DNA of 64,000 nt from Gordius albopunctatus. Lineage: Eukaryota. The position numbers and the translations under genes were made by a program. The notes beneath the pieces were generated by a model, which was not told the DNA's origin, did no database searches, and saw only the letters and a program-made list of their open reading frames with translations. Shown piece after piece: positions 13,415 to 25,900 of this stretch (position 1 is its first letter; every line of letters starts with the position of its first letter). The stretch covers positions 3,038,001 to 3,102,000 of the forward strand of contig OZ193910.1 of assembly GCA_964276515.1 (NCBI GenBank). Reading direction: 5' to 3'.

Positions 13415-15644
13415 ACTTAGACAATCTCTGGGATGGGCAGTCTGTCTTCCATCCTCTCTGAAACAACCCTGCCTCATCTTGAACAAAATACTAACATAAT
13501 AAACCTAAAACCTGAAAATATATTTTTAAACGATATCATCTTCTATGGGCATAAATCATCAGGGTTCAATAAATTGGAATTTCGTTATGTATAACTAGAT
13601 TTTACTTAATTGATAATAATTACAAAATCGTTTACCGAATCTTCAGTTTATTGGAATGTAAAATGGCTTTTTAATGGAATTATTATTATAAGTCCGCAAA
13701 GATGAAATTACCGTTTATCTAAATTGCGATACTGTTTTAATGGCAAACAAAATTTGACGGCCAAAATATTTTTTAAGGGTTCGGGGGCTTTGGTAAAAAT
13801 TTATGATACCAATGCGTACTAAAGTATGAATTTTAGTCGATCTTTTGAGCTACTCGGTCTTGTATCTTCGTTTATAAAACAATAATTTAATTAAAGTTTC
13901 CCACCCTTCTCCCCCCCCCCCCTTACTATTTATTTCTGACTGCCTATACAGCAGGTATTTTTGCCTTGAACATCATCTATCTATCCACCTATCTTGCCTT
14001 GCCACTTAACACAAAATATTGCAAAACATTTTAAGGCCACCCTCGCCTCCTCCTACGTATACCATAACACCATAGCTCGTTGATGAGGTTTAGGTAAAAT
14101 TGTTGTTCCTTTCAAGATTTAGATTGACTTTTTGATTATACTAGCTGTATCAAAACGATTATCAAATATTCCGCACTAATCAAGTGAAATTTAGTAAGCC
14201 CGGTCGACCCTAAAAGCCTAATAAGCTAATGTCATCATGAGTTTAAAGACCAACCGGGCCAAAAATTAAAATTAAATCGGGGCTTAAATTGGGCCTGATG
14301 GATTAAGGCAAAATCTAGCAAGAAATTTTGTAAAACATTTTAATAATTCCTTTATTGTGTCGGCTATTTAGAGGAGACAAAATATTTTTGTGCGGGTTTG
14401 TATTGTAAATATTTTTTTCATAAATTTACAATTCAAAAAAGTCAAGCCGGGCTCGGGTCAAGCCTGAGTAAAAAAAAATTTGAGCTCGGGCAAAATAAAA
14501 TAAAGTGTCGGGCCGGACTTGCGCCGAAAAAGTTCCATCAGGGCTCTAGTAAAAACCAAGAAATCGAAAGCCCGGCTCGGATGGCCGGAACTAAGCTTAA
14601 AGGAGGCCCAACCCGGAATCTATCAGGGTATAAATATTAATCGATTTAATAGAAAATTTTTATACTAATTTGTCGCTATAAATTTTTTTTGACTATTTAA
14701 ATTTATAAATCAACATTTTCTTTCCTATATTTTTTATTAGTATAGAACATAGGCTATTTTCTATACCTTTTAATTTTATTAAAGTCATAATGGAACTGTT
14801 ACCATTTTAAACTTTTCCTAAAGCATCAGAATAAAAAATTAAATTTTTTTTTTCGTTGTGAAAAAAAAATTTGAAGCTAAAAGTATAATAGATGATAAGC
14901 AAAAACTTTTCATTAATATTAATACACCAATAAATTAATGTTACTTTCACTGAATGAAAGTCTTAAAATAGTTGTTGGCGTTGAAATATTTTATGTTTGT
15001 AGATATTCATTCCGCGTTTGGCCTAATTATTTATATTTGTGGCCCGGCCTAGAATTTTCATCCTCTTAATTTTTTAAGCCGAGCCAGCTACCCCTAATTT
15101 CTTTTATCCCCAAATTGAGATGATTATATTTTACGAAATTATGATTAACATTTCGACAAATTAACATTTTCATGGCAAAATCCTAACTAATCAGAGAGCA
15201 GAGAAACCCAGCCCGCTGCCCAAAACTGCCCTTGTGCTTTTGGGTATTATAACTTTTTATTTGAATGTATATTATTAATTAATCGTAGTTCTAATCGAAA
15301 AAAATGAGAATTAATTAAAATATTTGGAAAATATAACGAGATTATTTCTAAAAATGCGAAAAATCATAATATAAAGGCTGGCAACCCTCTGAATTACCTT
15401 AAAATTTATTTATAAAAATTTAACCAAAGCATATAACATTTTTAGATTAGATTTTAGTTATTTTTTATGGGGTAAATAATATCCTGCTTTCCCACGTCTT
15501 AAACATTAATTGCAAACATCTAAATAAGTTAAATAAATCAATCGTTATCATAATTTAAAAAGCAGGAAAGGGGGGAGGGAGGTGCAGGAGGGAATGGAAG
15601 GGGGAACAAGACTCTTCTATACTCTGTACTGTATAAACGTAGCT

Positions 15645-16770
15645 ATTTGCTATGCAATTTATGGGCGAGAATGCCTAGAGTTGTTAAATTGCTAACTTTC
15701 TTCAATTCCAGCTACCATCTGCTCGAGGTTCTGCTCGGCCCTCGAGCATTTTTATATGCTACTGCTCTGCTCAGTGCACCGAACAGCGAGCACACATTGT
15801 GCTAACGCGCATATTAAGCAACCCAGTATGCGTGCCCGCGTCTGGAGTTTGAAGCAAGTTAGCAATTTAACAACTCTAAGAATGCCTATAGGGGGGGGGT
15901 ATAAAATGCAAAATGATTCGTTAATTTTATTTATACAAATATTTAAAAAGTTAAATTTTTGTAAAACCTGCTATAAAACATTTATTAATACTTTATTTAT
16001 TGAGGAATAGATTTTCTTTCATTCTTCATTTTTATTTATCAACTGCAAAATTAATCAAAATGACGATAGTCATCCTTCCAAAACGTACAACTTTCAATTT
16101 AGAGTTTTTTTAATACTGTATAAATTTAAACAGTTTGGTGTATGCAACCCATAATTTGAATTATGACTATAGACGCTATTCAAATCATGCGCATATGTAT
16201 GTATAGTATAAACAAGATATTAAAAAAACGAAAAAAATTTCCAATCAGACCTTGACCATTGGTCATTTTTTTCATCACTTTGGCCAGTGGTCATTTTTTA
16301 TAATAGTTAGCTAGCAGACAGCGAAATAAATAGCCTATAATTATAATCAAGAAAAAAAAATAATTTTAATTTCACTTTGGCCAGTCATCATCTTTTCCAT
16401 TGGTCAGTAGCCAGCAAACGGCAAAAATAAATTCGATTCACAATTTGGCCAATGGTCATTTTTTTATTGGTCAGTAGCCAGGACACGGTCAAAAGGGATA
16501 TAAATACATAAAAGACGAAAAAAAACGAAAAAAAATTCGATTCACAATTTGGCCAATGGTCATTTTTTTCATTGGTCAGTAGCCAGTACACGATCAAAAA
16601 GTCATATTATCAATGGTATTAACAACAATATATTTATTTAATTTAAAAAAAAATAAAAAAATTTGCCCTCTCAGGGTATCGAACCAGCAATTAAAAATAC
16701 TTGTTGGTCGGACAACGGACGGACGGACGGACAACAAAAAGCGAGCCCATAAATTGCGTAGCAATTAAAA
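15645..16770 (-). mobile_element. Helentron/DINE-1 (HINE)-like non-autonomous element
   Basis: Inverted terminal motif ttgctatgcaatttatgggc (15647) / gcccataaattgcgtagcaatt (16745), which includes a hairpin (AATTGC-TAC-GCAATT). A (GGAC)n microsatellite lies at about 16709-16732 and about 100-bp internal tandem units at 16250-16600. The same terminal motif recurs near 17352, 35304, 40083 and 41423. Confidence 0.5.
15676..15878. mobile_element. MITE family C (about 36-bp TIR TAGAGTTGTTAAATTGCTAACTT..., 8-bp TSD)
   Basis: Long TIRs and perfect TSD agaatgcc; a near-identical copy lies at 30958-31159. Nested inside the HINE-like element. Confidence 0.9.
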
Positions 16771-17916
16771 GCAATAAAAATAATTTTGAAACTAAAATTT
16801 GCTGGCAAAACTTCTTTCTAAATGTATTTTAGAACAGACCCCTATTACCTATGCTAAAAATGGGGACCTGCCGGTGGGCGTGTAGCCAGGATTATAAATA
16901 GAGGGGGGTAATTAGGATTTAGATGATTTAGGGGGTAGAGCAAAATCACAGTTTTTTGAAATTTTAGCCATAATTATATGATTTTAAATAATTTATCTTG
17001 CCACTTCCTCGGCTATGCCCATGCACTTGTCTAGGTAAAAACATCATTACAGTGAGCGATTTTTTGTCGAGAACTTGAAATTTAAACAAACTTTATAATT
17101 GGGAATGTAAAACTTATGGAATATATGATCAATAAAATTGTAACATATCAGACATCAGAGATTAATACTATATAAAACTAACAATTTAAATTGCAAAAAA
17201 TGAAATTTCATATTATTATAATGGGGGGGATTTACAAAATTACGTTTACTAAATAATAAGAAGGATGCATAAATCATATATTTAAAAGCTCCAGACATTT
17301 AACTTAAATATATGATAGATATAATAAGGGTTTAAAATTCTGACATGACAATTATTGGCTATGCAATTTATAGGTATTTTTACATTTTGAAACTTAAAAC
17401 TGCCAAGCAAAAATTGGGAGTAGTATATTAGTACAACAACACTCTTATGCCTTGTAAAATATCTTCATATCCTCTCTCTTGGCAGTCTAGCTAATTTTTC
17501 CGTTACTTTGTTTAATACTAAAGAGACGCGTCTAGAATTCAAATCGATATGATGACCGTAAAACTCTTGGAAGGTGGATAAGGGTTCAACATAAACACAG
17601 AGTTGTGAAGGGGAGGTATTCAAAAGGTTAAAATACATTCCGTTTCCACACTGTTTTAAATTTAATCATTTGTAAAATTTGAAATGCCTTAGTAGATAGT
17701 TAAATAGTTATTATATTAAATTTAAATGATATAGCAAGGGTTTCTGATAACTGAAATTTTAAATCAGCTTCCGAAATTGAATTCAAACGAGTGAGTTTGT
17801 TTCGGTTTGGTGACAGTCTTAAGTTGTATACAAATAAAATTTAGAAAATATTAAATGTATGTAGTGTTGTAAAAATTGTTGGAATGTTTTGTTTGGTCGA
17901 AAACACACCATAGGTT

Positions 17917-18067
17917 CATGGGCGGAGGCAGGGGGGGCAGGGAGGGGTGGCTGTCCCCTCTAAATCCAAAAAAGTGTGTAAATTTAGTGAGATTATGGCT
18001 AAAATTTTAAAAAATTATTATTTTGCCCCTCCCTAAATCATTTTCGCCCCCCTCTAATTCACCCATG
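17917..18067. mobile_element. MITE family A inserted into a family B remnant
   Basis: catgggc...cccatg termini with perfect TSD cataggtt. Confidence 0.85.
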
Positions 18068-18274
18068 CATAGGTTTTTTGGTTATCGGTCTGTTTTTCTT
18101 ATCAAATTGATAAGGAGCAGAATTTTGTAGTTACACTACAAACTACAAAGACATCTCTACTATATGGTGATTGATTGTACCAGGCTCTATAAAAGAGAAT
18201 CAATGACGAACAAAATATTTAAAGCATATCCATGCTTGTCAGAGTCAGTACTAACAAGGTTTCATACAGAGGGG

Positions 18275-18467
18275 ATGGGCGTAGCCAAGAGGGGGGGGGG
18301 CAGGGAGGGGCGGCTGCCCCCCCCCCTAAATTAAAAATTTTGTCGAATTTTATTAAAATCATGGCCAAAATTTCATTAAGTGATCCTTTTGCCCCTCCCT
18401 AAATCATAATTGCCCCTCCTTGAATCATTATTGCCCCCCTCTAATCCCAAAGCTGGCTACGCCCATG
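18275..18467. mobile_element. MITE family A
   Basis: atgggcgtagcca...tggctacgcccatg flanked by cagagggg on both sides. Confidence 0.85.
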
Positions 18468-18744
18468 CAGAGGGGAGTTATTAACTAAAGACCCGCCCCC
18501 CTGGACCTGAAGAAAATTGTAAGCACCTTGATTTTTTTAGGAGAGCAAGTTTTATATGAGAAACACCAAATATTATTTCTAGGATTTATAATACCGACAA
18601 AGTTGTTATAGCATTCCATAAAGTTGGCTTTCAATTATATTATCAAACAAGAATATATAATTGTTTCCCAATCTTTGTATATATATTAATTAAGTTATAG
18701 TCTTCTAAAATACTCTTTTATGGTGTATAGGAAATGATAGCTTT

Positions 18745-19148
18745 CATGGGCGTAGCCAGCTTTCGGATCAGGGGGGGGGGCGAGCAAAAAAAATCGCCGA
18801 GACTAAGTGAGAGCAAAAAATTTGGTATTTAACGTTAGTAATTAAAATATTTTGCTATTCTTTGGCCTCAACCCACATAAAAACTCATTATTAATCAACA
18901 GTACAGTGTACAGAGGATATGTAAACGATGTATGAAGGAACTAACACAAACGCAACTACTAATCTCAATAATAATTTAAATTTGCGTCAAAAGTTCGTGA
19001 AATAAAATTTTCAACATAAAACTTAATTTCAATCAGGGGGGGGGCGAAACACTAATTTTTTCCAATTTTTACATAAATTTACATTAAAAAATAGAAAAAT
19101 TCTCATTCAGGGGGGGGCGGCCGCCCCCCCCCCCTGCCTACGCCCATG
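18745..19148. mobile_element. MITE family A, long variant (404 bp)
   Basis: TIR catgggcgtag / ctacgcccatg; perfect TSD atagcttt at 18737-18744 and 19149-19156. Confidence 0.92.
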
Positions 19149-19318
19149 ATAGCTTTATAAACTTTGACTACAAGAGCATAACTATAGTTGGAGTTTAGGA
19201 GCTAAAGCTTTCTTAAGGGGGCCAATTTGAGTTAAAAACAGATTTAAATGAATTTAAAAGGAGGATAGGTTACATAGGGTATATGGTTATTTCAACTAAT
19301 TCTTAAAAGTATAGGATA

Positions 19319-19601
19319 CATGGGCGTAGCCAGCTTTCGGATCAGGGGGGGGGCGAGCAAAAAAAATCGCCGAGACTAAGTGTAGTAATCAACAGTACAG
19401 TGTACAGAGGATATGATGTAAAACGATGTATGAAGGAACTAACACAAACGCAACTACTAAACTTAATTTCAATCAGGGGGGGGGGGGCGAAACACTAATT
19501 TTTTCCAATTTTTACATAAATTTACATTAAAAAATAGAAAAATTCTCATTCAGGGGGGGGGCGGCCCCCCCTGCCCCCCCCCCCCCCTGCCTACGCCCAT
19601 G
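19319..19601. mobile_element. MITE family A long variant, internally deleted copy (283 bp)
   Basis: Near-identical to 18745-19148 apart from two internal deletions; has its own perfect TSD ataggata. Confidence 0.92.
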
Positions 19602-20309
19602 ATAGGATACACATGTTTTTTAACATATAGCTTTTACAACTCTTCTAATATAAAAAAACATTTTTCACTTTTGTACAAGTTGCTATTTTAAAGAGCATTT
19701 GTAACACAAATTTTAGACGGTGATCCTAAAAAGCTAACATGTTTCTGTTTTGCTAGATGAAATTAGTTTAGATTAAACCCTTATCGATCGATCACATCTC
19801 TGCTATGGGCAACTTCTTGATTGACTTTGAAGGGGGTAATGGAAGAGATAAAAACCACTTTCAATTTTTCCTACCAGGGCAAACTAAATTTCGCCAAACA
19901 AAGCATCTTTTAAGTAGAAATAACCAAAAACGGGACCACAACACAAAATCCTTTTGTATGTGTACGGTCGTGTGTCTTTTCAGAAATAGATTTAAAATCA
20001 GGAAACGAGGACGACATGCAATGCCCCTTCGCCCCCCTTTCATACTTCTCAGTGAGATAGATTTTCATGTCACATCTCTCAAGGAACAACTAGTTAAAAT
20101 TGTCCTCCCCGGAGTGAATGATGTCCATTTGAATCTCTTATCTTTCTCTCCCCTTCTGTGAGCGTCCGGTCCGCGAGTGAAATTTTATTGGATTTTTGCA
20201 ACGCTGGCCGGAGTTATTAAGATTAGGAATCGATAAAGACATAAGGAGGGTTATTCTGCCTAAGCTATATACGTGTTCTAGGCGGAAAAATATTTAGAAT
20301 TATAGGAAG

Positions 20310-20466
20310 CATGAGCTTAGTGGAGGGGGGGGGCAGCTGCCCCCTCTAAATCCCAAAATTTGTCGAAATTTATTACAATTTTGGCGAAAATTTCAAAAAA
20401 ATGATCATTTTGCCCCTCCCTAATTTATTATTGTCCCCTCTAATTCTAATGCTAGCTACGCCCATG
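20310..20466. mobile_element. MITE family A
   Basis: catg...ctacgcccatg termini; flanks ataggaag / atagtaag (7/8). Further degenerate copies lie near 930, 1600, 2046, 8075, 11517, 16876, 27214, 27625, 29876, 33113, 33760, 35846, 39685, 43266 and 43876. Confidence 0.8.
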
Positions 20467-21927
20467 ATAGTAAGGTAGTTGTTAACTTGAGGCGAGGTTG
20501 TTAAAAAAATTGGAGGGTATATTACATAATTATATAAAACATCGATATCTACATATAAAATATCAAACGGTAACAGATTTTAAATCCATTTCTTTAGCTT
20601 GAATTTGGCGAGTGAATAAAAATGGGAATCAATTTTAAAGTTTGAAAAGATTCAAATATACCTAAATTAATTGTTTTAACATGAATTCAATCTACCGGAT
20701 GTATTATAATTATTAACCTATAAATTTAGTAATCATAGGAGCGTTAAATAGCAAATTTCCTAATCCTTTCTTACGCCGCGAGCTAAATACAATTAAAAAT
20801 AGTATGCAACTTCCGTTAAAAATTGATAAGAACTCAAGAGTCAAAACGCATGTTCCATAGTCGACAGAACGTTGGATAAAATATACTTGACAAGTTATAG
20901 AAATCGTTTAAAAACAAAATTTAGCCTAAATTTTTAAAAGACGCTTTTATAAAGTTTGGTGTTTTATTTTAAACAGGACTTTAAATTTTTTCTTATTATT
21001 AACATTTATGGTGTATAACGGCTTAAAAAATCTTATTTCAAATTATTTTAACATATAATATTATTCCTTATTATATAGCATGAGCAAAATGCCTTTGACC
21101 AAAAGGTATTAAAAAATTTGACAAAGATTATCATATCTCAAGCATATCATTGCTATTTTTTATTGAAGCAGTTTATAAAAAATACAAAAGCAATTTTAAA
21201 TATTAAACATTGTCTGGCACTGTGTTGCTTTCACCAAACATGATTCTGAGCAATTCCAAAAGGTCGATCGTTTAGATTAATGTTTTTGTTTAACAATAAC
21301 AATATATGCAGAGCACTTCGTTAACAACAGAAACAAGATATATAAAAATGATTCGATTTACCAATTCAGCATTTGCATTAAATAGCTATATCTATACTGT
21401 TAAGTATTGGAGACAAAAAATAGATATTAGTGTATTGTTTCGTTTTCGTGTGATATTTTGTCAGATTTTCATTTGATGATGGTATAACATTATTAATCGT
21501 AGTTCTTATCCAGAAAATCGTGAATTCTATTTAAATTTTTTTGAAAACATTAGGTAGTTAATGTCAAAAATTTAGGGCTCTAATTAGGTTTAACCGGAAA
21601 TTATAAGGGTTCTGGGGCAATTTAGCTATAAAATTGGACAAGGCTAGGTTTGGGTAGAAAAACTTAAACAAATCTTTTGCACGACGAACGAGCTATTATC
21701 ATCTCTCTTCCTCTCTTTCCTATTTAAATTGAAGTTTTTTCGCAAAAACTTTATTATCTTTCAGCTGCATTTGACAATCGATCCATATTATTAATCAAAA
21801 ATACAAGTTAATTACAAAACGCTATCTATGACTAGCTATATGTCACATTTATTTCCTTTATAAAAATAATAAACGTTAACATTATTTTTTGTGTACTAAC
21901 ATATGAAATAATCAAAATATTTGAAGG

Positions 21928-22859
21928 TTATTGCTTATAAAATGCCACGCTGCTTTGCCTTGATTTATGTTGGGATTCAGTACCAGTAGAAGTTATTGCT
22001 AAACTTGTACAACTGCCATCGTTGGAGTTCATCTCAATGTTCCAACCACGACTAGATCTTTCTTTTCTTTGCTTTGGTCTCTGTTTCTTCGATTTACTTT
22101 TAACAATTTTCTTGGGACTGCGTCTTTTTCTTTTCTTACTTAAAACTTTCTTTTTTCTTTTCTGTCCCCTTTTACTTTTGGTTTTGCGTGCAGTTCCTTT
22201 ATTTATTGTTCTGCGACGTTTCTGTTTCTTGCCAACTTTATAACCTTTGCTAGTATCTTTGGCCTTGCGCTTACTTCTTTTTCTAGCGCCTTTTGTAGGA
22301 GGCTTAGATTTAAATGTGATTTTTGGTTTAGTACTTTCTAATCGTTTCTTACTTGGTTGAGGTTTACAACTTACTACCATATCAGCGTCCCTTGTTTGTC
22401 GTTTAGGCTTTTTAGCCAACCTATGGCCTAACTTATAACTAATTCGTAGGCAGGAAACTGCAAATTCAGCTCTTTCCATATTAATGTTGACGAGAGTAAA
22501 CTGAGGCTCCCTGACCAATTTTCTAGAAGGATGTTGGTCAACGAATTGCTTATCGGGAAATATCGTTTTCTCAAAGTTTACAACAGAATTTTTATCATAA
22601 ACATCAACACATGACAATATTTCGCCTTGGTCCTCAAAACTAGTACTGTCCATCTCTTCCACTTGTATGCTTGCCGGGTAATTGCTATATGTTGGAAGTT
22701 GGTCAGCTTTATCAACAGCTACTTCAGCCACTTCAAAAGTATTTTTGTCAACTTTTTCCACCTCTTTACCACATATATTGTCTGGTATAAATCTTTCCTT
22801 GACTTGGTTATAATCGTCTTTGTACCTTTCTTTTTCTTCCCCATTCAAACATTTTACCT
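21928..22859 (-). CDS. Lys/Arg-rich ORF (about 310 codons), probably the last exon of the adjacent orphan gene
   Basis: Long stop-free frame in AT-rich DNA, acidic first third and extremely basic C-terminal half (KKQKRRRT, KKRKRRSPKK). A gattag acceptor ends at 22860. The junction with the upstream exon is not resolved. Confidence 0.65.
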
Positions 22860-22993
22860 CTAATCATATATAAGACATAATTGAGAAGATTACCTCGAAA
22901 TTATGCTGGAAATAAACTTATATATTTCACATTATGCCATTACCCTTATGTAAATAGATTCAAGATCTAATTAAGGATCTTATCATGATAATC

Positions 22994-25900
22994 TTACCTT
23001 GATTTTAACTTTAAGTTATCTAATACTTTAAAAGGTTGCAAGTCTAAACAATTACTTTGGCGTCCTTCATCTGGTTGTGTATCTTCATCCTCTTCATCAA
23101 CAGGTTCTTTAATTTCAACTTGATTCATATTGCTTCTAAAAACTAGTTTTGTGAGTTGCATCGAATCTTTTGGTTTTTTACTAAATGCTACCTTGTGGCT
23201 ATTCTTTTCGTGTGAGTACATGTAATCAAAGTAAATTTCAATTTTCTTAATTAATTTTTCCAAAGATTCCGCTGTCGCGTCTAAGATTTCCTTCGTATCC
23301 TCTATACTCATCCGCTCACTATCCATGAGATCTGCATCGGGACTACCATTTTCTTCCGGTGAAACTTTCTCATCTTCGATACCTTTTTGTTGTGGTCTTA
23401 GTATAGATTCCACGTTTCGTGTTTTCGTAATGGAATGAGAGAACGAGATTGTATCAAGCTCGTAATTCACAAGATCACTGAAGGTCGCTTGTTTAGTGGT
23501 TTGAGTAGAGCTGCTTAAAGCACGACTCGGTGACATTCGAATGTCGGGTATAATAACAGGGGCCGGGATTTGGTTCGTTACTAAATTAATTGGGATATTG
23601 GGATTCACGGATGGGGAAGCATCACAAATTGGAGCAATGGCGGTCAGAGTTTCTTTCACAAACACTTTGTTTTTCTCCATCCATTGAACCTCTATTATTT
23701 TTTGGTGTCTCTCACATATTGACATAGGCGATTCTTGAAAGTTTGGTAGAGTTGAAAAAGGCTCATGGTCCTGCAACGGCATATACGTGGTTGAGTAGAC
23801 CTGATCATTTATAGGTTCTAAGTTGGTAACAGTTGCGATTCGTGGAGTCATCTCTGGTACAGATTCCAACATTTTAGCATTGGCTAGCTCTTGGATGCTC
23901 TGTTGCTTTTCGGCAATAATTTGTTCTATGTGGCTGATTATATTAAAAGGTATTGGCAATGGTCCTACCGCCTCTCTTTGTTGTTTTATATATTGTTCAT
24001 AATCAATCGGTTTGTTCTTAATCAATACCAATTCTTTCTGCGATTCGACTGGAGCCTCATATATTGTTTTCCCCCAATCAAGGCCTTCGTGATCATGATT
24101 TAATTTATCAGCTGAAATTTGGGGGTTAGAATTGTCAAAATCGTAGGTAATTTTACCCGTGGTTTTCAAACCACTAATTCTTTGTCCAAAAGAACTTTTG
24201 ATAGCGGGTTTAAGTCCCGCCATTTCATTATTTAACTCGGTAGTGGCACCAACGTCCGTCGACGTGGTTGAATTAATGGTTTTTTTTATTGGCAGAAATT
24301 TACTTGGCCCATCGATCATTGCATCTAGAGATTGTCTTCTTCGTTTTCCATACTTAAACTGATTGTCATAAGATATTTTGTCATTGCTGAATGTCCTTTT
24401 ATGTGTACTTTGCAGTTCGCCCGTCCTTGGCATAATTGCCAGGGAATTGTTTGGAGTTGCAATAATTGAAGAAGTAGGGCTCGAGCTTCGCATTGAACAA
24501 CTAGGTACATAAGATTTAGCCATGCTTAGTGAATTAAAGATTAATCTTGATTTTTCATCGTCATTCAATGAATCATCTTTTTTGGTTAAAGGAAGTTCTC
24601 TTTTTAAAGTCCAGTCTGTATTAGACAAAGATGTTGTAGGTGTATTTCGACAGATGGCCTGCTTCCCTTCTGCAGGTAAAGAGGTCGTCGAAGTATTTCT
24701 ATCAACCAACTCTTTCACAATGTCTTCTATCGATTGTTTTTCAGTTTGAGTAAAATCACTTTTTACTTCGTAGACTTCAACACTTTTAGGGCTTGTAATA
24801 ATATTTGTTTGCACTGAATGATTAGGATCAATAGAATCAGGCTGGGAAACATTTGATTTAACTTGTTTTAGAAACTCGTTTATTAGATTATTTATTCCAG
24901 CGAATGTTCGTCTTTCACATATATCAGCTATGTACTTAGGAAGTTGATCCATACTATCTTTAGCAACCAATTCGGGTTTGTCAGAGTCGTCCTTATTACC
25001 ACTGCTGCATTCATCTAAGTTTTCTTCCATCAATCTTTCGTTAACTGCGCTGTTGATCTGACATAAGAAAACGTCCCAAAGGTTCATTAAATTTTGAATA
25101 AGATTTTTGATGTCTACTATATCAGTGTCGGTAAGGCGCTCTTTCGAATGTACTAGGTTTGTTGAAAGATGTAATCTAATATCATCTAATTGCCCCTCGA
25201 TATTAATTTTAAACGAATGCAATAATACATTGGTAAATAAACTTAAACTTTCATTTATCTTGTTGCTATCTACCAAAATCCTTTGCTCTAAATACTTTTG
25301 AAGGTGAGAAACACCAAGTTCACCTTGTTTAGATATTAATTCTTTAATCATACCTTCCATACGTGGTTTTAAACTATCATTCATTTTTGATACATCATTA
25401 GTTAATTGCTCCCTCAGTGTATTTTTCAGTAAATTCATCTCATTCATCAATGATTTAAAGTGTTCATCTCTCTTTTGACTTTCCACCTTACCTAACTGCT
25501 CTACATGTTCCTGGAGACCAGAGTTAATAGAAATGACCGAAACTTTAAGATCTTCGAGTTTCGAAAAGGATTCTTTTTTTAATTCTCCGAGTTGCTCTTT
25601 TAAGCTAAATTTTAATTTTGCTATATCCTCCATTAGCTCTTTAATATTACACGTCCTTTCACTAGTTGACCATTCTATCGCTTCTTGCAATTGATCGATT
25701 TTAGAGTTGGTCTCACCTAATTCTTGCTTCCCTTTTTCTATTCTGCTACCTACCATGCATTTGACCTTGCTAACTGCTTCTCTTATTATATGTTGCTCAT
25801 TTATAAGGACATTAGCATTTTTTAAATTTCTTTTAATCATTGCCAAAATTAATTCTTTTGGCTGGATTACAAGAGCTTCGTCTGGACTGGGTGTGTATGG

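Noticed and set aside
15756..16010. Similar ORFs at 15756 and 30971 (STHCANAHIKQ...) as a small gene family
   Set aside because: Both lie in copies of MITE family C, so the similarity is repeat-derived.
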